Shown here: positions 36,736 through 45,526 of the stretch, one piece after another
Layout of the letters: each line of letters begins with the position of its first letter
How positions within the stretch are numbered: position 1 is the first letter of the stretch
IMG/VR virus record: IMGVR_UViG_3300049218_000295
Span: 32,001-96,000 of that record
Length of the DNA: 64,000 nt
Direction: 5' to 3' (one strand)
From: a virus
Program-made: the position numbers and the translations under genes
The notes under the pieces: model-generated
What the model saw: the letters and a program-made list of their open reading frames with translations, nothing else
The model's database searches: none
Told to the model about the DNA's origin: nothing

Positions 36736-37269
36736 ATGACAGATTACATAGACTATTTGACCGCTGACGAAAAACCAAACGCGAAGCTCATGATCCAAAG
36801 GTTAAGTGAAGCCGGAAAGTGCATTATTTCCGGTGAGACCGACGACCTGGTGGAAATGCCAGTCGACATGAACCCAGACAACGTACTGGCCAACAACATG
36901 GCTTGCATCACCAAGGCGCTCGCTAGAGAGTCCCTCTATACATCCTTCTACACCGTCACGGTTAAGGACTTTGAGGTCACTTTTTGTACCGCACCTGTCT
37001 TTCAAAATTACAACATCGAACTCTGTGGTTTGCTTGATAAGGATGTGAGCCCAGAGGCTGCTGAAGCGCTGAAAATGGACGGCTATGATTTTACCAAAAT
37101 CTATGCCTACCTAACAGCCAGACACTGCAAAGGAATCACACGAGTTCTAGTTCCTGACAAAGTCGGCTCCTATATGGAGTGGAATCAATATTTGGGTTTT
37201 GTCATGAGAAGCAGAATCCGAATGAAAGCTTCCGGAATTATCAAACCACCGACATTAGTCTCGGTATAA
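36736..37269 (+). CDS. hypothetical protein
   Basis: 177-aa ORF on the dominant strand. Confidence 0.65.
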   Translation: MTDYIDYLTADEKPNAKLMIQRLSEAGKCIISGETDDLVEMPVDMNPDNVLANNMACITKALARESLYTSFYTVTVKDFEVTFCTAPVFQNYNIELCGLLDKDVSPEAAEALKMDGYDFTKIYAYLTARHCKGITRVLVPDKVGSYMEWNQYLGFVMRSRIRMKASGIIKPPTLVSV

Positions 37270-37284
37270 CGAAAGGACCCTAAC

Positions 37285-38157
37285 ATGAAATGGAAAACGA
37301 TGCCTCCAGGCAAATTAGACAGTCTCGTGAACGCAAACAAAGCTGTTTACGTTCTTAATTCCTCAGTTCTCCCATCGGGGGACAAGGGCACCATCGTCAT
37401 CAATTTCTATGATGGCACACGCCGTGAATTTCTCAAAATTCCTCCGACGTTCATTCCTATTGCTGCTTCGGATGTTATTCCTCCTAAGAAGCTCAGCGAA
37501 TCCCGCGATTTCAAACAATCGCTAGTTAAGGGAATGTTGACACTGGTGGACCCAGACCAGGCAGCTGACTACTTGGAAACCAAAGAAGCTCGCGAAGAGT
37601 ATGAGAATCTCATGCTCTCTGAGCACTCTGCTAAATCTCGTAGCATCACCACCGAAGCGGAAATTGCGAAGCGCACACGCGTTTCTCATCAATCCAATGC
37701 TTCGGCTGGTCCTCGCGATGAAACCGGACCTGGTGATACGGTATCGAACCGCGTTCGTGGTTTCATGGAAAGCCTGACCTCCAAAACGATGGACGCCAAG
37801 GAAGTATTGATTAGCCTTAAGCGGCATCAAACTGCTCTTTCAGATGGCGATTTGTCTTATGTCATCGCCAATGCCGAAGACCGCGAATTGAAGCAATGGG
37901 CAACTAAGGCTTTGTCTGAACAAGCCGGTGAAGTCCCTGCAAAAGTAGCTAAAAAGGTAGTGGCCGCCGCCGAAAAAGCTGTTCCTCTTTCCAAAAAGAA
38001 GGATGCAGATGCCGCTTTCGACTTCGACAAGCCGATGTCCGCTGAAGAGCAACGAGCAGAAGCTGAGGCTATGTCCAGAGCTGCTTCCCAGCAAGCTCTC
38101 CACGGCGAATCCAAAGTTGATGAAGAGATCGACCGCCTTCTCGCCGGAAAACGATAA
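37285..38157 (+). CDS. hypothetical protein
   Basis: 290-aa ORF; SD GAAAGGA. Confidence 0.75.
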   Translation: MKWKTMPPGKLDSLVNANKAVYVLNSSVLPSGDKGTIVINFYDGTRREFLKIPPTFIPIAASDVIPPKKLSESRDFKQSLVKGMLTLVDPDQAADYLETKEAREEYENLMLSEHSAKSRSITTEAEIAKRTRVSHQSNASAGPRDETGPGDTVSNRVRGFMESLTSKTMDAKEVLISLKRHQTALSDGDLSYVIANAEDRELKQWATKALSEQAGEVPAKVAKKVVAAAEKAVPLSKKKDADAAFDFDKPMSAEEQRAEAEAMSRAASQQALHGESKVDEEIDRLLAGKR

Positions 38158-38168
38158 AAGAAATGTTG

Positions 38169-38192
38169 GGGCAGGTCATCCTTGACCTGCCC
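38169..38192 (+). terminator. hairpin after 37285..38157
   Basis: GGGCAGGTCA-tcct-TGACCTGCCC. Confidence 0.5.
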
Positions 38193-38272
38193 TAGCCTTC
38201 CGTGGCCTACTTCCAAAGTAAATAGGAAGCAGACCATTTCGAAATAGCGCGTAGCGCGGAGAGGAGGATACC

Positions 38273-38422
38273 ATGGCAAAGAAACCAGCAAAAGCAAAAT
38301 CATCGAAGAAGCCCGCTGCAAAGGCGGCTAAGAAACCGGCGGCCAAAGCCGCTAAGAAGTCTGTAGCAAAAGCTCCCAAAAAGAGCCTCGCTCAGAAGCA
38401 TACGTCACCCTTTACGGTTTGA
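38273..38422 (+). CDS. 49-aa histone H1-like Lys/Ala-rich protein
   Basis: Below the ORF-track cutoff. SD GAGGAGG; MAKKPAKAKSSKKPAAKAAKKPAAKAAKKSVAKAPKKSLAQKHTSPFTV. Confidence 0.85.
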   Translation: MAKKPAKAKSSKKPAAKAAKKPAAKAAKKSVAKAPKKSLAQKHTSPFTV

Positions 38423-38428
38423 TACGGT

Positions 38429-38454
38429 GCGATAGCAGGCATAGCTGCTATCGC
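38429..38454 (+). terminator. hairpin after the H1-like gene
   Basis: GCGATAGCAG-gcatag-CTGCTATCGC. Confidence 0.55.
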
Positions 38455-38468
38455 CCCTAAAAATTCCC

Positions 38469-38822
38469 ATGTACCAGGCAATATTACAAAAAATCGCGAG
38501 TATTCCGCAACCGTCTGCGGTTCCTCCCACCCGTATTGCTCTTGAAGATGGACAGGCCCTATCTATCGAGTTTACAGTCCTCCCCAAAGAAGGCCGTGGC
38601 TTCTTTCTAAGTAGCGAAGTCGGTATGACTTACACCTCGGAAGTAATTGAAGTCTGGAGCCCCACTAAACCCACCGACAAGTTTAAGACCCATGGAATCG
38701 AGGTTGGTCCCTTTCTGGGACCTGATCTCTCCCTTGGAGATGTTGTATTTGTTACCGAAAATACTATCTACGCCCTACGTAGCATTACAGAAAGCAAAAG
38801 GAATGGCCAAGAAACTGAGTGA
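38469..38822 (+). CDS. hypothetical protein
   Basis: 117-aa ORF ending in ..FVTENTIYAL. Confidence 0.65.
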   Translation: MYQAILQKIASIPQPSAVPPTRIALEDGQALSIEFTVLPKEGRGFFLSSEVGMTYTSEVIEVWSPTKPTDKFKTHGIEVGPFLGPDLSLGDVVFVTENTIYALRSITESKRNGQETE

Positions 38823-39201
38823 AAAAGGAAAGCTTGCTTTACATAAATTGTATGGAATCGGTGAGGTTATTGCCAAAAATCGCCCCGATGTCCCGCCTAC
38901 TCGGGATGAGCTTGCAAGCCTCGGAGTCACAAAACAGGAACTCAAGGACTTAGAAGCACTCGGACTCATTAAAAGCCGAACTATGATTGTTACCCAGACT
39001 TTCAGAAACCTGAATAAGACAACTACAGGTCGGCCCGTTTACACTATCACCTCCTTGGGCAAAGAAGTTTGCGCCCAGCTAGGGTTTATTCCTCCCAAAG
39101 ACGAATCACCCGCTCCTATTATTCTGCCGCCCGAGGCCTCTTCCGCACCGGTTGCAGAGCAACCGAAGGACATTGTCATTGACAGTACCCCCCAGGCCTG
39201 A
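38803..39201 (+). CDS. winged helix-turn-helix protein
   Basis: PTRDEL...ELKDLEALGLIKS...YTITSLGKEV. Likely start is ATG 38803. Confidence 0.6.
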   Translation: MAKKLSEKGKLALHKLYGIGEVIAKNRPDVPPTRDELASLGVTKQELKDLEALGLIKSRTMIVTQTFRNLNKTTTGRPVYTITSLGKEVCAQLGFIPPKDESPAPIILPPEASSAPVAEQPKDIVIDSTPQA

Positions 39202-39382
39202 GAACGATAGCTTACGTGAGGATACCATCTCCGCCCTAGAAAAGGCGGGTTACGACAATATCAAGGTCGAGGTGGACCCCCGAGATCCTACACAATTCAA
39301 TGTGAGCTTTACCTATCGGCCCATTGAACCCTACCTCTTGATAGATTTGACTCTCGACGAGACTAATAGCAGCAAGGCATAG
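39152..39382 (+). CDS. small protein resembling a tail-sheath C-terminus
   Basis: IKVEVDPRDPTQFNVSFTYRPIEPYLLIDLTL. Start uncertain. Confidence 0.45.
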   Translation: MQSNRRTLSLTVPPRPENDSLREDTISALEKAGYDNIKVEVDPRDPTQFNVSFTYRPIEPYLLIDLTLDETNSSKA

Positions 39383-39392
39383 CGCGACAAGT

Positions 39393-39399
39393 TTATCTT
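39393..39399 (+). promoter_or_regulatory. putative phage promoter element TTATCTT
   Basis: 6 nt upstream of ATG 39406, no SD sequence. Confidence 0.6.
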
Positions 39400-39405
39400 G
39401 TCCAT

Positions 39406-40203
39406 ATGGCAGGTTTTCCAGGCTCTTTTAATCCAGCAGGTACGTCGAATAGCAATGCTGCGAACGCCCAGTTCCAGAAGATTGTTGATGACCTAACTGC
39501 TTTGCAGAAAACAAGCACCATCTCCAGTAATGCTGGTACGTCCGGACACGACATACCGCTTGCTAACCAGACCTCCTTTTCATCCATTATTGCGGCCCAA
39601 AACGCCGTAAACCGTACGGCCTGGGTGATGAGCACTACGGAGTGGCTTTCTGCTTCGCCACAGAGGGGAATAGTTTGGACGGCCAACCCTTCGGACATCA
39701 CTTGGAATATGGCACAGCGCTCGACTCATTCCAAAAACCTGTTTGGAACAGTGATGCATGTCTGGCCTGATAATGGGCGCGATACCTTTTTCGATGAATT
39801 AAGGCTAACGCTCAACTTACAGTCTTCAAATATCCTACCAGTGCGCAGTAAATCCGCCGCCAGTGGTTGGGTAGCTCCTCCTGGGATGGGAAACTTCTAC
39901 GACTTCATGCAACTAGTAGATGCGCCCAAGCTCACTTCTAATGGCCGAGCTAACTTGGTTTCAATACAATACAACAGCGCGTTATTCCCGCAGCTCACTC
40001 TTCTGGGGATGTTCGATTCATCCGGCATTCGGTTTACAGATTCTAGTGCTACACCTAATCAAGTAAGCTCTTGGACGGCGGACTTTATAGTATATGATAC
40101 AGCTCCCCGTCTCACCAGCCTGTCTTCAGGTACTCAGAGTAACTCATCTTTATTGGACCTTTGGTTCAGGCAGAGAGTCACGAACAACGCTGTGCCTACA
40201 TAA
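39406..40203 (+). CDS. putative baseplate / tail-tube-initiator-like protein
   Basis: ANPSDITWNMAQRSTHSKNLFGTVMHVW pattern typical of tube-fold baseplate proteins. Confidence 0.5.
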   Translation: MAGFPGSFNPAGTSNSNAANAQFQKIVDDLTALQKTSTISSNAGTSGHDIPLANQTSFSSIIAAQNAVNRTAWVMSTTEWLSASPQRGIVWTANPSDITWNMAQRSTHSKNLFGTVMHVWPDNGRDTFFDELRLTLNLQSSNILPVRSKSAASGWVAPPGMGNFYDFMQLVDAPKLTSNGRANLVSIQYNSALFPQLTLLGMFDSSGIRFTDSSATPNQVSSWTADFIVYDTAPRLTSLSSGTQSNSSLLDLWFRQRVTNNAVPT

Positions 40204-40217
40204 ATAGTAGCAGAGGG

Positions 40218-40224
40218 TTATCTT
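40218..40224 (+). promoter_or_regulatory. putative phage promoter element TTATCTT
   Basis: Upstream of SD AAGGAG and ATG 40248. Confidence 0.55.
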
Positions 40225-40247
40225 TTAATTTTAAGGAGAGTGAAAGC

Positions 40248-40823
40248 ATGGCCACATTGACGTTGCTCAAAGAAAAGGGTATCTACTCGTACTACGACTT
40301 TACGATTCCGAGGGCTGCTCTCCGTTTGGACGAGTTGCAATCCGACAACGTAATGGCGATTGCACGCACTGACAATGGACCCGTGGTGGCCTATTTGATT
40401 AGCGCTGCTTGGTATACTGGACAGCTCGCTCTCATTTCTTCGAACCAGGGGACTGCTCCATCGGTAAGCATCACCACTCGTGCTGATGACTATCTCGGTG
40501 GCAATGTTTCCACTCTTGTGAACCTCGTGAACGGAACGCCTGAAGTGGCTTCCGAACAGCCTTGGTTCAACAACGCAGGTACCACCTATAGTGCTTATAA
40601 GATGTTTGGTTTCGTCCGCACTGCTCAATTCTGGGAAGACCCAGATAAAGCGAAGCTCGAAGCTTTGAACCAAGAAGGTGGCAACTACGACCCTAAAGTG
40701 GCTGTAGATGGCGGACCTAACGTCCCTAACGTTCAAGGTACACCAGACAACATGAGCATCGGTGGAACAATCCTCGGATACTTGATTAGCCCAGCTCTTT
40801 ACGCGATCTTAGCGGCGGCTTAA
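40248..40823 (+). CDS. hypothetical, probable virion protein
   Basis: Start ATG 40248 with strong SD and promoter motif. Confidence 0.65.
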   Translation: MATLTLLKEKGIYSYYDFTIPRAALRLDELQSDNVMAIARTDNGPVVAYLISAAWYTGQLALISSNQGTAPSVSITTRADDYLGGNVSTLVNLVNGTPEVASEQPWFNNAGTTYSAYKMFGFVRTAQFWEDPDKAKLEALNQEGGNYDPKVAVDGGPNVPNVQGTPDNMSIGGTILGYLISPALYAILAAA

Positions 40824-40840
40824 TCTCCAAGGAGGCTTCC

Positions 40841-42826
40841 TTGGCGTCCCACTCTCGTGCTCTGATTTTTGATACCAAGGGCAATGTCTTACTCGGCCTC
40901 GAAGCCCACTCACAAGAGTATGGTCTGGTTGGCGGCCATTGCAAAGAAAATGAACACCCTGTCGACGCTTTGCTGCGTGAAATCCACGAAGAGACTAAAC
41001 TCGGACCCAATTTCCGCCATCTCGAATATCTAAGAGACTACCTCGATAATTCAATTTTTCTGGTTATTGTCGACCCACCCCCCGCCATTCCGGACCCATC
41101 GCAGGACCCAGACTGTGAATTTTTGTCTTTCATCTGGGCTGACCCTGCCCATCCTCCCGATAATATTTCGGAGTTCGCTTCCGATGTTCTTTTCCATTAC
41201 TTATGTGGACTAGTGGGCAAAGTTACTGCTTCAGTGCAATGGAGTGATTACGTCAAAGGTGAATGGTGGCTGACCAAAAACGGCTCAGAATTCGCTGATA
41301 TTGACGCAGGAGACGCTGGGCATGAACAAATTGCGCTCCAAAACCTTCTAGGTGAACATTTCGACGAGTTTAAAGAAGCTCTCGACCCTAATGATAAAGA
41401 CAAGAACCTTCAAGAAACTGACGATTTAGTGGCATATTACTGGAACGAAGGGAAAATACCGGACGACGTAGGCTCTAAGATCATGGGTCCGGAGTTATGG
41501 AAAGACCTTAAAAGTGACGTCCGTCTAGCTTACGCCAAACATCGCGGCGCAATTCTAGCTATTGATTTTAATTTTGCGGCCTATAAGGTCACAGCAAATA
41601 CTATCTCAACCATTCAAGACCATATCTATGAACAGGTCTCGGGCTCCGAAATTTCGGAGCTTGAGGGTGATGTTACCGTCGTCGTAGAAGAGTATTCCAC
41701 AGGTAAGTCGTCCAGCCTACCGGTCAATGATTTCTTAAACATCAAGAACCCCGGCCAGCTTTGGCGAGCTGTAGCTGGTGTAATCGAAGTCCTAGTAGAC
41801 GGTGAAAAAATTGGTGAGTTCGCGGACGACCAGGTTTGGGAAACTATTCCTAGACTGGCCCAGGAGCGAGCTAGGGGCAAAAAGGTCTCCTTCAGACAAG
41901 TTCTTGATTCGGGCGAAATTGTTGATATGAACTTGGGTGTCGGATTGCCGGGTCTCTCTGAATCTGCTATCAACGACCTAGAATCTGCGATTGATGAATT
42001 TCGAGACCACCAGGCCGACTATGTAGGATATCTAAAAATGACTGACAGCGTAGCCCAGGACCTACGAAATGATTTGGAAAGAGCAGATCGCATCCCAATC
42101 TACCGCTGTGTATCCTTTGATGATAAAGATTTGTTTCTTAAAGGTCTGCAGTCTCATGGGACGGGAATTTTTTGGTCCTTCAACCCGGACAAAGCGGTTT
42201 GCTATTGGGGCGACAAAGACAACCCCTTTTACGCTATCCTAACGGGCATAGCGGGTGATTCTGTCGATTGGCTCGGAACTGTTGAGCAACACATGCGACC
42301 TTCCACAGCCGGGGAAGATGAAATTCGCCTCTTGCCGCACAAATCTGTCCAAGTAAAAGAAGTCGAAATCTTCGAGCGTTCTACTAGAGAATCTACAGTG
42401 GTCCCTATCAATAAACGCCTGAACACTGGAAGTCGTGAACAAGATAGAAGCGAGCCACCCGCCCAGCTTTCTGCGTCGCTAAGCCTTGAAGGTGTAATCC
42501 TAAAGATCGTGAACTATTACTTCGAGAACTACTTCGGCGTTGATTGCCCGCAAATTCTAGTAACGACAATAACGACCTCTGAGCCTTGGCTAGCAAAGAC
42601 CGAAAACTCGGATAAAGGTATCGAGTTGATTGTTAATAGGGCTATCGCACAAGTCCCGAAGGTCCTGAAGCAGGCAGTAGCACATGAATCAATACACATA
42701 TTTCTGTATTCTCAGGGCAAGTTCGAAGACCCACACGGCTCTGAATTTAGTAAGTGGGCCGAGATTATCAACTCCGACGAAGGACCCAATTACATCTCCA
42801 AAACCGCAAACGAGACGTCCTTCTAA
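40841..42826 (+). CDS. polyvalent protein: Nudix + unknown + ART-like + SprT-like metallopeptidase
   Basis: Nudix box GGHCKENEHPVDALLREIHEET; IYR...FWS...GEDEIRL; HESIH...PHG.EF. Confidence 0.8.
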   Translation: MASHSRALIFDTKGNVLLGLEAHSQEYGLVGGHCKENEHPVDALLREIHEETKLGPNFRHLEYLRDYLDNSIFLVIVDPPPAIPDPSQDPDCEFLSFIWADPAHPPDNISEFASDVLFHYLCGLVGKVTASVQWSDYVKGEWWLTKNGSEFADIDAGDAGHEQIALQNLLGEHFDEFKEALDPNDKDKNLQETDDLVAYYWNEGKIPDDVGSKIMGPELWKDLKSDVRLAYAKHRGAILAIDFNFAAYKVTANTISTIQDHIYEQVSGSEISELEGDVTVVVEEYSTGKSSSLPVNDFLNIKNPGQLWRAVAGVIEVLVDGEKIGEFADDQVWETIPRLAQERARGKKVSFRQVLDSGEIVDMNLGVGLPGLSESAINDLESAIDEFRDHQADYVGYLKMTDSVAQDLRNDLERADRIPIYRCVSFDDKDLFLKGLQSHGTGIFWSFNPDKAVCYWGDKDNPFYAILTGIAGDSVDWLGTVEQHMRPSTAGEDEIRLLPHKSVQVKEVEIFERSTRESTVVPINKRLNTGSREQDRSEPPAQLSASLSLEGVILKIVNYYFENYFGVDCPQILVTTITTSEPWLAKTENSDKGIELIVNRAIAQVPKVLKQAVAHESIHIFLYSQGKFEDPHGSEFSKWAEIINSDEGPNYISKTANETSF

Positions 42827-42853
42827 ACAAATACACAGACCACGTCTCAGGAA

Positions 42854-42860
42854 TTATCTT
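42854..42860 (+). promoter_or_regulatory. putative phage promoter element TTATCTT
   Basis: Upstream of SD GGAGGT and ATG 42881. Confidence 0.55.
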
Positions 42861-42880
42861 AAAAAAGTCACGGAGGTCTT

Positions 42881-43201
42881 ATGTTCATTGTTCTTGGAGC
42901 AGTAGCAGTTCTAGCCATCGTAGTAGCGCTCTACAAGCATTTCAAGCCAGCTTGTTTTGGGGATTCTTTCCCTGTCAGCGGGGCGGGAAATGTAGTTGTC
43001 AACCTGGACGATAAGCCTTACAACATCTCGGCGGGTTTTGTTGATGCTGCCGGTCAGATTCCGAGCTGTGCGCAATATGATGATTCAGTGATGATTGAGC
43101 TTGTTTCAGGAGCTAACGGCTACGCTGCGAAGATTTCTTGGAATGTTATCAATCCCCGCATGTTGAAGTATCAAATCTGCGGGTGCGGTCCCAAACTCTA
43201 A
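42881..43201 (+). CDS. small protein with N-terminal transmembrane segment
   Basis: MFIVLGAVAVLAIVVALYKH. Confidence 0.65.
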   Translation: MFIVLGAVAVLAIVVALYKHFKPACFGDSFPVSGAGNVVVNLDDKPYNISAGFVDAAGQIPSCAQYDDSVMIELVSGANGYAAKISWNVINPRMLKYQICGCGPKL

Positions 43202-43226
43202 CTGGCGGTTAATATGAAGGGCCAAT

Positions 43227-44519
43227 ATGTTTGTAGGTTATCGAGGTCGAAATATTCTATGGGCAAGTCCTACTAGATATTCTACGGACGCTCAGCATGA
43301 AGTCTTAGAGACCCCTCCTGACTTTCCTGTCTCTGACCCCGCAGTTATTGTACGTGAATACACCATCCACCGAGGACAACTTTTCAAAATTTCTGACCTT
43401 TACAACTGTGTTCCTGCTGATTGTAAAGTCGCCATGATTTCCCAATATGGCATCAATTGTGGGATAGCTACTTACACTAAGTATCTTTGTGACCAAATGC
43501 GGCCTATGGTTCGTGAGCTAAGAATTTTTGCTGAAGACGCAGACCCTGCCGACTGCCAAAATGATAGCAATGAAAATGTGGTTCGTTGCTGGAAGCGTTC
43601 CGGAGACTACAATCGGATTTTGGCGGAAATTGAAAAATTTGAACCCGATGTGGTCTTTGTGCAGCATGAGTATGGCAGCTTCAGCCACGGGGCGAACTGG
43701 AATACCTTAATCGGGCACCTCAATGCCAAATGGCGCACTGTGGTTGTGTTACACTCTGTCTATGACCACCCCGACAAGTTGATTTTTGAGGCTCCTTGTT
43801 CCGAAATTGTCGTCCATTCAAGCTCCGGTAGAGACCTTCTTAGACAACGTGGGGTTACCCACGCAACTATCAACCATATACCACATGGCTGCATGGAGCC
43901 AATCCTAACCAACGTCAAATTCTCTCGAATTGAGTCTAAACACGTCATCTTTCAGTACGGTTTCGGTTTTGAATACAAGGGCTGGGAAAATGCTTTAGCA
44001 ATTGTTGATAAACTCAAAGACAAATATGAAGACCTAGTTTACATCGGTGTCTTCAATGTATCCAAGTTTTCTGAATCTTTTAACAATATGTATTACGACA
44101 AGCTCATGGAACTGGCTCGGGAGAAGAAACTCGAGAAGCACTTTGTGCTACACAAAGGCTTCCGTTCTGAGCCCATACTACTTAGCTATATGGCGCAATC
44201 CCATATCAATCTTTTCCCTTATTGGAACCACCACGAGTGGAGAGTACATGGAGCCTCGGGCGCGGTGCGCCTAGCTCTAGCTAGCGGGACTCCTACAATT
44301 GTGGGCGATGTCCCATTCTTCTCCGAGTTTAAAGGCCACATCCCCGTTTGTTCTTCTATTGATGAATACGTGAGTACCATTGCTTCCATCTTTGAGGACC
44401 CAGCGGCGAAAGCGGACGTTCTTCAAAAGACACACAAGTTTATTTCGGACCGCACCTGGAACAAAATCGCCCAAGGCTATTTACAGGTGCGACCGGGAAG
44501 AGAATTAACGGCTATATGA
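43227..44519 (+). CDS. GT4-family glycosyltransferase
   Basis: CGIATYT, VQHEYG, IPHG, FGFGFEYKG-like motif, ASGAVRLALASGTPTI. Confidence 0.9.
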   Translation: MFVGYRGRNILWASPTRYSTDAQHEVLETPPDFPVSDPAVIVREYTIHRGQLFKISDLYNCVPADCKVAMISQYGINCGIATYTKYLCDQMRPMVRELRIFAEDADPADCQNDSNENVVRCWKRSGDYNRILAEIEKFEPDVVFVQHEYGSFSHGANWNTLIGHLNAKWRTVVVLHSVYDHPDKLIFEAPCSEIVVHSSSGRDLLRQRGVTHATINHIPHGCMEPILTNVKFSRIESKHVIFQYGFGFEYKGWENALAIVDKLKDKYEDLVYIGVFNVSKFSESFNNMYYDKLMELAREKKLEKHFVLHKGFRSEPILLSYMAQSHINLFPYWNHHEWRVHGASGAVRLALASGTPTIVGDVPFFSEFKGHIPVCSSIDEYVSTIASIFEDPAAKADVLQKTHKFISDRTWNKIAQGYLQVRPGRELTAI

Positions 44520-45526
44520 AAGTCAACTTCCTGGGCTGGTATGGCCGCGACAATCTCGGGGATGAGGCCTTTAAACTCGCCCATAATGAGCTTTTCCCGT
44601 CAGTAGAGCGAGTCTATACGGTTGACCATTTGGACAAATCCGCAGACCTGGTGGTTCTTGGCGGTGGGGATGTTGTTAAAAGTTTCTATCTTAATAAGAT
44701 ACCAGAAAGGGTTCCTTATTATGCTTTCGGAGTCGGAATGGGCTACGACTCGGAAGTGGAACTCTTTAAAAAGAAACCGCCCGTTCATGCCTACATGCGT
44801 AGCCACCACGACACAAACTTGGCTTCGGACAATGGGATTAAAGCAAACTTCACACCAGACATCACTTTCATTTTGAACCCTCCTGGCAAAGGCTACCCGC
44901 TTCCTAATCGCTCTCAGGATGGTCGCAAAGCCATGGCGGTCATTTTAACCGACAGTATCAACCCAAGTTTTGGTAACAACAAAATCAAAGAGTTATCCTA
45001 TTCTGAATACTTCAAATGGGAAATGGCCCAATCCCTTTCAGAATTGTCCCAGTGGTACCAAATCTACTTCTTGCTCTACTCCTGGGATCAGTATTCCAAC
45101 GACCTCAGAATGGCGCTGGATGTGAAAGCTCGGATGAGTGGGGACTCCGCCCCCATTATCATCGAAAAGCAATTTGACACTCTGGAATCACTTGACGCCA
45201 TGGGAGAGTTTGATCTGGTGGTTTCTATGAAGTTTCACGGGGTCATATTCTCAACGATTGCCGCGACTCCTTTTGTCAACATTGGTCTCACCAAAAAGAC
45301 AGAACTCTTTTGTTTTGAAAACAACCTTTCGAACATTGCCATCCCTCCCCGGTCTTTCACCCATGAACGACTCATGGCTGCCATCAAAGAAGCTGAAGCT
45401 CCGGGGGTGTCGGAAAAGCTCCAAGCTATTACTCAGCGAAACCAGCTTGACCTCATAGCTATTCGAGACCAGATTGCTAAGGACTGGTTATCTTCAAAAG
45501 GTGACCAGACCAAAAGTTCTAAGTAG
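44516..45526 (+). CDS. polysaccharide pyruvyltransferase family protein
   Basis: GWYGRDNLGDEA, LGGGD, GVG, PD, VSMKFHG. Confidence 0.88.
   Translation: MKVNFLGWYGRDNLGDEAFKLAHNELFPSVERVYTVDHLDKSADLVVLGGGDVVKSFYLNKIPERVPYYAFGVGMGYDSEVELFKKKPPVHAYMRSHHDTNLASDNGIKANFTPDITFILNPPGKGYPLPNRSQDGRKAMAVILTDSINPSFGNNKIKELSYSEYFKWEMAQSLSELSQWYQIYFLLYSWDQYSNDLRMALDVKARMSGDSAPIIIEKQFDTLESLDAMGEFDLVVSMKFHGVIFSTIAATPFVNIGLTKKTELFCFENNLSNIAIPPRSFTHERLMAAIKEAEAPGVSEKLQAITQRNQLDLIAIRDQIAKDWLSSKGDQTKSSK
45488..45494 (+). promoter_or_regulatory. putative phage promoter element TTATCTT
   Basis: 6 nt upstream of the in-frame GTG 45501; embedded in the upstream gene. Confidence 0.55.
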
